A stretch of DNA of 64,000 bases from Eledone cirrhosa (GCA_964016885.1 OZ024740.1:19406001-19470000); one strand, 5' to 3'. Positions 46,561-57,617 are shown, numbered from the stretch's first letter. Numbers and translations: made by a program. The notes: generated by a model not told the origin, from the sequence alone.

Positions 46561-49500
46561 TCTGCCATGTTACCTTCTTTTTCAACTGACTTACTCTCAC
46601 CTAAAACCTCTGCCATGTTACCTTCTTTTTCAACTGACTTACTCTCACCTAAAACCTCTACCATGTTACCTTATTTTCAACTGACTTACTATCACCTAAA
46701 ACCTCTGCCATGTTACCTTCTTTTTCAACTGACTTACTCTCACCTAAAACCTCTACCATGTTACCTTATTTTTCAACTGACTTACTCTCACCTAAAACCT
46801 CTACCATGTTACCTTCTTTTTCAACTGACTTACTCTCACCTAAAACCTCTACCATGTTACCTTATTTTCAACTGACTTACTATCACCTAAAACCTCTACC
46901 ATGTTACCTTCTTTTTCAACTGACTTACTCTCACCTAAAACCTCTACCATGTTACCTTATTTTCAACTGACTTACTCTCACCTAAAACCTCTACCATGTT
47001 ACCTTCTTTTTCAACTGACTTACTCTCACCTAAAACCTCTACCATGTTACCTTCTTTTTCAACTGACTTACTCTCACCTAAAACCTCTACCATGTTACCT
47101 TATTTTCAACTGACTTACTCTCACCTAAAACCTCTGCCATGTTACCTTCTTTTTCAACTGACTTACTCTCACCTAAAACCTCTACCATGTTACCTTCTTT
47201 TTCAACTGACTTACTCTCACCTAAAACCTCTACCATGTTACCTTCTTTTTCAACTGACTTACTCTCACCTAAAAACTCTACCATGTTACCTTCTTTTTCA
47301 TCTGTCCTAGCCTCACCTAAAACCTCTACCATGTTACCTTCTTTTTCAACTGACTTACTCTCACCTAAAACCTCTATGTTACCTTCTTTTTCAACCGACT
47401 TACTCTCACCTAAAACCTCTACCATGTTACCTTCTTTTTCAACTGTCTTACTCTCACCTAAAACCTCTCCAATGTTACCTTCTTTTTCAACTGACTTACT
47501 CTCACCTAAAACCTCTACCATGTTACCTTCTTTTTCAACTGACTTACTCTCACCTAAAACCTCTCCCATGTTACCTTCTTTTTCAACTGTCCTAGCCTCA
47601 CCTAAAACCTCTACCATGTTACCTTCTTTTTCAACTGTCTTACTCTCACCTAAAACCTCTACCATGTTACCTTCTTTTTCAACTGACTTACTCTCACCTA
47701 AAACCTGTATGTTACCTTCTTTTTCAACCGACTTACTCTCACCTAAAACCTCTACCATGTTACCTTCTTTTTCAACCGAGTTACTCTCACCTAAAACCTC
47801 TACCATGTTACCTTCTTTTTCAACTGTCTTACCCTCACCTAAAACCTCTACCATGTTACCTTCTTTTTCAACTGACTTACTCTCACCTAAAACCTCTACC
47901 ATGTTACCTTCTTTTTCAACTGACTTACTCTCACCTAAAACCGCTATGTTACCTTCTTTTTCAACTGACTTACTCTCACATAAATCCTCTACCATGTTAC
48001 ATTTTTTTTCAACTGTCTTACTCTCACCTAAAACCTCTACCACGTTACCTTCTTTTTCAACTGACTTACTCTCACCTAAAACCTCTACCATGTTACCTTC
48101 TTTTTCAACTGACTTACTCTCACCTAAAACCTTTACCATGTTACCTTCTTTTTCAACTGTCTTACCCTCACCTAAAACCTCTACCATGTTACCCTCTTTT
48201 TCAACTGACCTACTCTCACCTAAAACCTCTACCATGTTACCTTCTTTTTCAACTGACTTACTCTCACCTAAAACCTCTACCATGTTACCTTCTTTTTCAA
48301 CTGACTTACTCTCACCTAAAACCTCTACCATGTTACCTTATTTTCAACTGACTTACTATCACCTAAAACCTCTGCCATGTTACCTTCTTTTTCAACTGAC
48401 TTACTCTCACCTAAAACCTCTACCATGTTACCTTCTTTTTCAACTGACTTACTCTCACCTAAAACCTCTACCATGTTACCTTCTTTTTCAACTGACTTAC
48501 TCTCACCTAAAACCTCTGCCATGTTACCTTCTTTTTCAACTGACTTACTCTCACCTAAAACCTCTACCATGTTACCTTATTTTCAACTGACTTACTATCA
48601 CCTAAAACCTCTGCCATGTTACCTTCTTTTTCAACTGACTTACTCTCACCTAAAACCTCTACCATGTTACCTTCTTTTTCAACTGACTTACTCTCACCTA
48701 AAACCTCTACCATGTTACCTTCTTTTTCAACTGACTTACTCTCACCTAAAACCTCTGCCATGTTACCTTCTTTTTCAACTGACTTACTCTCACCTAAAAC
48801 CTCTGCCATGTTACCTTCTTTTTCAACTGACTTACTCTCACCTAAAACCTCTACCATGTTACCTTATTTTCAACTGACTTACTATCACCTAAAACCTCTG
48901 CCATGTTACCTTCTTTTTCAACTGACTTACTCTCACCTAAAACCTCTACCATGTTACCTTATTTTTCAACTGACTTACTCTCACCTAAAACCTCTACCAT
49001 GTTACCTTCTTTTTCAACTGACTTACTCTCACCTAAAACCTCTACCATGTTACCTTATTTTCAACTGACTTACTATCACCTAAAACCTCTACCATGTTAC
49101 CTTCTTTTTCAACTGACTTACTCTCACCTAAAACCTCTACCATGTTACCTTATTTTCAACTGACTTACTCTCACCTAAAACCTCTACCATGTTACCTTCT
49201 TTTTCAACTGACTTACTCTCACCTAAAACCTCTACCATGTTACCTTCTTTTTCAACTGACTTACTCTCACCTAAAACCTCTACCATGTTACCTTCTTTTT
49301 CAACTGACTTACTCTCACCTAAAACCTCTGCCATGTTACCTTCTTTTTCAACTGACTTACTCTCACCTAAAACCTCTGCCATGTTACCTTCTTTTTCAAC
49401 TGACTTACTCTCACCTAAAACCTCTACCATGTTACCTTATTTTCAACTGACTTACTATCACCTAAAACCTCTGCCATGTTACCTTCTTTTTCAACTGACT

Positions 49501-52500
49501 TACTCTCACCTAAAACCTCTACCATGTTACCTTATTTTTCAACTGACTTACTCTCACCTAAAACCTCTACCATGTTACCTTCTTTTTCAACTGACTTACT
49601 CTCACCTAAAACCTCTACCATGTTACCTTATTTTCAACTGACTTACTATCACCTAAAACCTCTACCATGTTACCTTCTTTTTCAACTGACTTACTCTCAC
49701 CTAAAACCTCTACCATGTTACCTTATTTTCAACTGACTTACTCTCACCTAAAACCTCTACCATGTTACCTTCTTTTTCAACTGACTTACTCTCACCTAAA
49801 ACCTCTACCATGTTACCTTCTTTTTCAACTGACTTACTCTCACCTAAAACCTCTACCATGTTACCTTCTTTTTCAACTGACTTACTCTCACCTAAAACCT
49901 CTGCCATGTTACCTTCTTTTTCAACTGACTTACTCTCACCTAAAACCTCTACCATGTTACCTTCTTTTTCAACTGACTTACTCTCACCTAAAACCTCTAC
50001 CATGTTACCTTCTTTTTCAACTGACTTACTCTCACCTAAAAACTCTACCATGTTACCTTCTTTTTCATCTGTCCTAGCCTCACCTAAAACCTCTACCATG
50101 TTACCTTCTTTTTCAACTGACTTACTCTCACCTAAAACCTGTATGTTACCTTCTTTTTCAACCGACTTACTCTCACCTAAAACCTCTACCATGTTACCTT
50201 CTTTTTCAACTGTCTTACTCTCACCTAAAACCTCTCCAATGTTACCTTCTTTTTCAACTGACTTACTCTCACCTAAAACCTCTACCATGTTACCTTCTTT
50301 TTCAACTGACTTACTCTCACCTAAAACCTCTCCCATGTTACCTTCTTTTTCAACTGTCCTAGCCTCACCTAAAACCTCTACCATGTTACCTTCTTTTTCA
50401 ACTGTCTTACTCTCACCTAAATCCTCTACCATGTTACCTTCTTTTTCAACTGACTTACTCTCACCTAAAACCTGTATGTTACCTTCTTTTTCAACCGACT
50501 TACTCTCACCTAAAACCTCTACCATGTTACCTTCTTTTTCAACCGAGTTACTCTCACCTAAAACCTCTACCATGTTACCTTCTTTTTCAACTGTCTTACC
50601 CTCACCTAAAACCTCTACCATGTTACCTTCTTTTTCAACTGACTTACTCTCACCTAAAACCTCTACCATGTTACCTTCTTTTTCAACTGACTTACTCTCA
50701 CCTAAAACCGCTATGTTACCTTCTTTTTCAACTGACTTACTCTCACATAAATCCTCTACCATGTTACATTTTTTTTCAACTGTCTTACTCTCACCTAAAA
50801 CCTCTACCACGTTACCTTCTTTTTCAACTGACTTACTCTCACCTAAAACCTCTACCATGTTACCTTCTTTTTCAACTGACTTACTCTCACCTAAAACCTT
50901 TACCATGTTACCTTCTTTTTCAACTGTCTTACCCTCACCTAAAACCTCTACCATGTTACCCTCTTTTTCAACTGACCTACTCTCACCTAAAACCTCTACC
51001 ATGTTACCTTCTTTTTCAACTGACTTACTCTCACCTAAAACCTCTACCATGTTACCTTCTTTTTCAACTGACTTACTCTCACCTAAAACCTCTACCATGT
51101 TACCTTATTTTCAACTGACTTACTATCACCTAAAACCTCTGCCATGTTACCTTCTTTTTCAACTGACTTACTCTCACCTAAAACCTCTACCATGTTACCT
51201 TCTTTTTCAACTGACTTACTCTCACCTAAAACCTCTACCATGTTACCTTCTTTTTCAACTGACTTACTCTCACCTAAAACCTCTGCCATGTTACCTTCTT
51301 TTTCAATTGACTTACTCTCACCTAAAACCTCTGCCATGTTACCTTCTTTTTCAACTGACTTACTCTCACCTAAAACCTCTACCATGTTACCTTATTTTCA
51401 ACTGACTTACTATCACCTAAAACCTCTGCCATGTTACCTTCTTTTTCAACTGACTTACTCTCACCTAAAACCTCTACCATGTTACCTTATTTTTCAACTG
51501 ACTTACTCTCACCTAAAACCTCTACCATGTTACCTTCTTTTTCAACTGACTTACTCTCACCTAAAACCTCTACCATGTTACCTTATTTTCAACTGACTTA
51601 CTCTCACCTAAAACCTCTACCATGTTACCTTCTTTTTCAACTGACTTACTCTCACCTAAAACCTCTACCATGTTACCTTCTTTTTCAACTGTCCTAGCCT
51701 CACCTAAAACCTCTACCATGTTACCTTCTTTTTCAACTGTCTTACTCTCACCTAAAACCTCTACCATGTTACCTTCTTTTTCAACTGACTTACTCTCACC
51801 TAAAACCTGTATGTTACCTTCTTTTTCAACCGACTTACTCTCACCTAAAACCTCTACCATGTTACCTTCTTTTTCAACCGAGTTACTCTCACCTAAAACC
51901 TCTACCATGTTACCTTCTTTTTCAACTGACTTACTCTCACCTAAAACCTCTACCATGTTACCTTCTTTTTCAACTGACTTACTCTCACCTAAAACCTCTA
52001 ACATGTTACCTTCTTTTTCAACTGACTTACTCTCACCTAAAACCTCTAACATGTTACCTTCTTTTTCAACTGACTTACTCTCACCTAAAACCTCTACCAT
52101 GTTACCTTCTTTTTCAACTGACTTACTCTCACCTAAAACCTCTAACATGTTACCTTCTTTTTCAACTGACTTACTCTCACCTAAAACCTCTACCATGTTA
52201 CCTTCTTTTTCAACTGACTTACTCTCACCTAAAACCTCTACCATGTTACCTTCTTTTTCAACTGACTTACTCTCACCTAAAACCTCTAACATGTTACCTT
52301 CTTTTTCAACTGACTTACTCTCACCTAAAACCGCTATGTTACCTTCTTTTTCAACTGACTTACTCTCACATAAATCCTCTACCATGTTACATTTTTTTTC
52401 AACTGTCTTACTCTCACCTAAAACCTCTACCACGTTACCTTCTTTTTCAACTGACTTACTCTCACCTAAAACCTCTACCATGTTACCTTCTTTTTCAACT

Positions 52501-55500
52501 GACTTACTCTCACCTAAAACCTCTACCATGTTACCTTCTTTTTCAACTGACTTACTCTCACCTAAAACCTCTACCATGTTACCTTCTTTTTCAACTGACT
52601 TACTCTCACCTAAAACCTCTACCATGTTACCTTATTTTCAACTGACTTACTATCACCTAAAACCTCTGCCATGTTACCTTCTTTTTCAACTGACTTACTC
52701 TCACCTAAAACCTCTACCATGTTACCTTCTTTTTCAACTGACTTACTCTCACCTAAAACCTCTACCATGTTACCTTCTTTTTCAACTGACTTACTCTCAC
52801 CTAAAACCTCTGCCATGTTACCTTCTTTTTCAACTGACTTACTCTCACCTAAAACCTCTGCCATGTTACCTTCTTTTTCAACTGACTTACTCTCACCTAA
52901 AACCTCTACCATGTTACCTTATTTTCAACTGACTTACTATCACCTAAAACCTCTGCCATGTTACCTTCTTTTTCAACTGACTTACTCTCACCTAAAACCT
53001 CTACCATGTTACCTTATTTTTCAACTGACTTACTCTCACCTAAAACCTCTACCATGTTACCTTCTTTTTCAACTGACTTACTATCACCTAAAACCTCTGC
53101 CATGTTACCTTCTTTTTCAACTGACTTACTCTCACCTAAAACCTCTACCATGTTACCTTATTTTTCAACTGACTTACTCTCACCTAAAACCTCTACCATG
53201 TTACCTTCTTTTTCAACTGACTTACTCTCACCTAAAACCTCTACCATGTTACCTTATTTTCAACTGACTTACTATCACCTAAAACCTCTACCATGTTACC
53301 TTCTTTTTCAACTGACTTACTCTCACCTAAAACCTCTACCATGTTACCTTATTTTCAACTGACTTACTCTCACCTAAAACCTCTACCATGTTACCTTCTT
53401 TTTCAACTGACTTACTCTCACCTAAAACCTCTACCATGTTACCTTCTTTTTCAACTGACTTACTCTCACCTAAAACCTCTACCATGTTACCTTCTTTTTC
53501 AACTGACTTACTCTCACCTAAAACCTCTACCATGTTACCTTCTTTTTCAACTGTCTTACTCTCACCTAAAACCTCTCCAATGTTACCTTCTTTTTCAACT
53601 GACTTACTCTCACCTAAAACCTCTACCATGTTACCTTCTTTTTCAACTGACTTACTCTCACCTAAAACCTCTACCATGTTACCTTCTTTTTCAACTGTCC
53701 TAGCCTCACCTAAAACCTCTACCATGTTACCTTCTTTTTCAACTGTCTTACTCTCACCTAAAACCTCTACCATGTTACCTTCTTTTTCAACTGACTTACT
53801 CTCACCTAAAACCTGTATGTTACCTTCTTTTTCAACCGACTTACTCTCACCTAAAACCTCTACCATGTTACCTTCTTTTTCAACCGAGTTACTCTCACCT
53901 AAAACCTCTACCATGTTACCTTCTTTTTCAACTGTCTTACCCTCACCTAAAACCTCTACCATGTTACCTTCTTTTTCAACTGACTTACTCTCACCTAAAA
54001 CCTCTACCATGTTACCTTCTTTTTCAACTGACTTACTCTCACCTAAAACCGCTATGTTACCTTCTTTTTCAACTGACTTACTCTCACATAAATCCTCTAC
54101 CATGTCACATTTTTTTTCAACTGTCTTACTCTCACCTAAAACCTCTACCACGTTACCTTCTTTTTCAACTGACTTACTCTCACCTAAAACCTCTACCATG
54201 TTACCTTCTTTTTCAACTGACTTACTCTCACCTAAAACCTTTACCATGTTACCTTCTTTTTCAACTGTCTTACCCTCACCTAAAACCTCTACCATGTTAC
54301 CCTCTTTTTCAACTGACCTACTCTCACCTAAAACCTCTACCATGTTACCTTCTTTTTCAACTGACTTACTCTCACCTAAAACCTCTACCATGTTACCTTC
54401 TTTTTCAACTGACTTACTCTCACCTAAAACCTCTACCATGTTACCTTATTTTCAACTGACTTACTATCACCTAAAACCTCTGCCATGTTACCTTCTTTTT
54501 CAACTGACTTACTCTCACCTAAAACCTCTACCATGTTACCTTCTTTTTCAACTGACTTACTCTCACCTAAAACCTCTACCATGTTACCTTCTTTTTCAAC
54601 TGACTTACTCTCACCTAAAACCTCTGCCATGTTACCTTCTTTTTCAATTGACTTACTCTCACCTAAAACCTCTGCCATGTTACCTTCTTTTTCAACTGAC
54701 TTACTCTCACCTAAAACCTCTACCATGTTACCTTATTTTCAACTGACTTACTATCACCTAAAACCTCTGCCATGTTACCTTCTTTTTCAACTGACTTACT
54801 CTCACCTAAAACCTCTACCATGTTACCTTATTTTTCAACTGACTTACTCTCACCTAAAACCTCTACCATGTTACCTTCTTTTTCAACTGACTTACTCTCA
54901 CCTAAAACCTCTACCATGTTACCTTATTTTCAACTGACTTACTATCACCTAAAACCTCTACCATGTTACCTTCTTTTTCAACTGACTTACTCTCACCTAA
55001 AACCTCTACCATGTTACCTTATTTTCAACTGACTTACTCTCACCTAAAACCTCTACCATGTTACCTTCTTTTTCAACTGACTTACTCTCACCTAAAACCT
55101 CTACCATGTTACCTTCTTTTTCAACTGACTTACTCTCACCTAAAACCTCTACCATGTTACCTTCTTTTTCAACTGACTTACTCTCACCTAAAACCTCTGC
55201 CATGTTACCTTCTTTTTCAACTGACTTACTCTCACCTAAAACCTCTGCCATGTTACCTTCTTTTTCAACTGACTTACTCTCACCTAAAACCTCTACCATG
55301 TTACCTTATTTTCAACTGACTTACTATCACCTAAAACCTCTGCCATGTTACCTTCTTTTTCAACTGACTTACTCTCACCTAAAACCTCTACCATGTTACC
55401 TTATTTTTCAACTGACTTACTCTCACCTAAAACCTCTACCATGTTACCTTCTTTTTCAACTGACTTACTCTCACCTAAAACCTCTACCATGTTACCTTAT

Positions 55501-56095
55501 TTTCAACTGACTTACTATCACCTAAAACCTCTACCATGTTACCTTCTTTTTCAACTGACTTACTCTCACCTAAAACCTCTACCATGTTACCTTATTTTCA
55601 ACTGACTTACTATCACCTAAAACCTCTGCCATGTTACCTTCTTTTTCAACTGACTTACTCTCACCTAAAACCTCTACCATGTTACCTTATTTTCAACTGA
55701 CTTACTATCACCTAAAACCTCTACCATGTTACCTTCTTTTTCAACTGACTTACTCTCACCTAAAACCTCTACCATGTTACCTTCTTTTTCAACTGACTTA
55801 CTCTCACCTAAAACCTCTACCATGTTACCTTCTTTTTCAACTGACTTACTCTCACCTAAAACCTCTACCATGTTACCTTCTTTTTCAACTGACTTACTCT
55901 CACCTAAAACCTCTACCATGTTACCTTCTTTTTCAACTGACTTACTCTCACCTAAAACCTCTACCATGTTACCTTCTTTTTCAACTGACTTACTCTCACC
56001 TAAAACCTCTACCATGTTACCTTCTTTTTCAACTGACTTACTCTCACCTAAAACCTCTACCATGTTACCTTCTTTTTCAACTGACTTACACTCAC

Positions 56096-56122
56096 CTAAA
56101 ACCTCTACCATGTTACCATCTT
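56096..56122 (-). other. Candidate 27-nt symmetric phase-1 microexon (xDGNMVEVL/G) at the satellite boundary
   Basis: The minus strand reads tgtcatttttgtgatttctag|AAGATGGTAACATGGTAGAGGTTTTAG|gtgagtgtaagt. This gives a pyrimidine tract plus TAG acceptor, 27 nt, and a consensus AG|GTGAGT donor. Only the phase-1 frame is stop-free. No transcript evidence is available. Confidence 0.45.
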
Positions 56123-56339
56123 CTAGAAATCACAAAAATGACACACCTTTATCTCTTTATGTGCTTCAACTATACAATTTCAACAATAACGCTACCACTG
56201 TGTTGGGTTAGCTCAAAACGTATTAGGGGGAGCCTCCGGCACCCCAGGGTGGATGATAGATTGACGCATTAGTGTTGACATAACATATTCTTTCATTTTG
56301 ATTCTATCGTGAAATATTTATGTAATTAAGGAATAGAGA

Positions 56340-56660
56340 GTCACTCCAGATAGAGCCACTACTTCTCCAAATTGAGGGATCACAGCTCTGGTACTATGGC
56401 CGTGTGGATAGAATGTCTCAGGAAAGAATCGCTGGAGAGATTTTACGCGCAAAACCAACCGGCAGGTGACTCAGGGGTAGACCCCGAGCAAGATGGTTGG
56501 ATAACATCCATGAGCTTGGTTGGTCTCACTTGGGGGTCCAGCCGGACCAGTTGAAGACGGTTACTTTTGACAGGATCCGCTGGAAGGAGTGTTTGAGGAC
56601 ACTGGCCCCTCCCACGATCCTCTGAGGAATAAGAGAGTGAAGAAGAAGAGAAAGAAGAAG
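56340..56660 (+). mobile_element. 5'-truncated RTE-clade (Rex3/Expander-like) LINE 3' end, decayed
   Basis: From 56341 it translates as SLQIEPLLLQIEGSQLWYYGRVDRMSQERIAGEIL...GR*LRGRPRARWLDNI...DRIRWKECL, matching the RTE C-terminal pattern (QLRWxGHVxRM...GRPRxRWxD...DRxxW). It has an in-frame TGA at 56467, a (GAA)n tail, and a flanking direct repeat AATAGAGA at 56332-56339 and 56662-56669 consistent with a TSD. Confidence 0.85.
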
Positions 56661-56904
56661 TAATAGAGATGCATGTATGTATGTGTTGAATTTTGACTAC
56701 AATGGCATTTCTGTTTGTAATTTCAAGTTATCTATATTGTCAGTATATTTGTTTGGGAAAAATGTGAACTTTGCTATTATGTAATTTCATGTACATCGTT
56801 TATTTCGATATAAATAAATTTTATTTAATGTTTTGCAACGTGGGAAAAAAACAATTTGCTAGTTACTGCTTACTGTGCGTGTGAGAGGGATATACTGTAT
56901 ATAT

Positions 56905-57103
56905 ATAGGAAAAGTTTCAGGACCCCGACGGCAGAGCTCAAGCAGTTTTGACAGCTATTTCTGGACTCCAGAAATATCCGTCGAAACGGCTTGAGCTCTG
57001 CCGTCGGGGTCCTGAACCTTTTCCTATTACCCACTCAACTAGCCAAAGTATCGAGTACTCTGGTGCGTTATGGTCCACCTGGTTACTTACCACACTTCCT
57101 TCG

Positions 57104-57104
<1 letters not shown>
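56905..57104 (+). mobile_element. Fold-back element A: 61-bp inverted arms plus ~77-bp tail, with the 3' half of a hammerhead (Penelope-like pLTR remnant)
   Basis: Arms 56905-56965 and 56967-57027 are reverse complements with 5 mismatches and a 1-nt centre. The right arm contains GAAA-CGGC-ttgagctct-GCCG-TC (hammerhead stem III plus GUC site). Both flanks are TA repeats. Confidence 0.6.

Positions 57105-57200
<96 letters not shown>
57105..57200. repeat. Compound (TA)n-poly(T)-(TA)n-(GA)n microsatellite
   Basis: Directly visible simple repeats. Confidence 0.97.
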
Positions 57201-57362
57201 TAGGTAAATATACACGGGTGTGTATGATTGTGTATAGAAGATTATATTAATAAGAGGAATTCCAACTTTGTCTGATTTACTCGTTTTATTTACAATCCTT
57301 TAACATGTATAATGGTATTAGAATGAAATAGTATGATAGAATATTAAATTCTAAGTGTTAAT

Positions 57363-57401
57363 TGAACAAGTATTTTCATGCTTTCGCAATCTTCAGGTTC
57401 A
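57363..57401 (-). ncRNA. Minimal type I hammerhead ribozyme motif, mirror copy with stem III loop mutated to AUAC
   Basis: The minus strand reads TGAAC-CTGAAGA-T-TGC-GAAA-GCA-T-GAAA-ATAC-T-T-GTTCA. Confidence 0.6.
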
Positions 57402-57458
57402 TAATGTGTGGTGACAGTCAAGTTTGCAATTTTCAAACTTGACTGTCACCACATATTA

Positions 57459-57497
57459 TGAACCTGAAGATTGCGAAAGCATGAAAGTACTTGTTCA
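57459..57497 (+). ncRNA. Minimal type I hammerhead ribozyme motif
   Basis: The order is TGAAC (stem I), CTGAAGA (core CUGANGA), T-TGC-GAAA-GCA-T (stem II, GNRA loop), GAAA, GTAC-T (palindromic AGTACT stem III), T (H17), GTTCA (stem I'). Predicted cleavage is after 57492. Confidence 0.75.
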
Positions 57498-57615
57498 ATT
57501 AACACTTAGAATTTAATATTCTATCATACTATTTCATTATAATACCATTATACATTTTAAAGGATTGTAAATAAAACGAGTAAATCAGACAAAGTTGGAA
57601 TTCCTCTTATTAATA

Positions 57616-57617
<2 letters not shown>

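Larger units (their letters stand above)
1..56122. repeat. 48-bp tandem satellite array, ~1,170 units, continues beyond the left edge of the window
   Basis: Head-to-tail repetition of ATGTTACCTTCTTTTTCAACTGACTTACTCTCACCTAAAACCTCTACC. There is a common 45-bp variant (CCTCTATG, 3-nt deletion), a 47-bp variant (CCTTATTTTCAA) from ~41950 on, and recurrent point variants. The array ends abruptly at ...ATGTTACCATCTT|CTAGAAATC. Confidence 0.99.
57201..57617 (-). mobile_element. Fold-back element B: 184-bp inverted arms plus ~42-bp tail, with a minimal hammerhead in each arm (Penelope-like inverted pLTR)
   Basis: Arms 57243-57426 and 57434-57617 are reverse complements with about 4 mismatches and a 7-nt spacer. 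An unpaired extension covers 57201-57242. Microsatellites lie on both sides. Confidence 0.7.

Noticed and set aside
1-56122. CRISPR array
   Set aside because: There are no unique spacers, units are directly adjacent, there are no cas genes, and the context is eukaryotic.
1-56122. Telomeric repeat (TTAGG inside each unit on the minus strand)
   Set aside because: Only one TTTTAGG occurs per 48 bp, never in tandem and not TTAGGG. It is better explained as part of the AG|GT junction or as chance.
88-56211. Long ORFs (MVEVLGESKSVEKEGN)n on the minus strand and (MLPSFSTDLLSPKTST)n or (PCYLLFQLTYSHLKPL)n on the plus strand as a giant protein gene
   Set aside because: A 48-nt unit with three stop-free frames yields such ORFs automatically. 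Stop variants and 47-bp frameshift units have been copied many times, and most variants are non-synonymous. Only the first few minus-strand units remain a coding candidate.
57243-57617. DNA-transposon MITE or miRNA precursor explanation for the palindromes
   Set aside because: Not fully excluded, since TA flanks fit Tc1/mariner MITEs. However, the one-sided tails and hammerhead core sequence in all three units favour a Penelope-like origin, and the 184-bp stem is too long and too perfect for a typical pre-miRNA.
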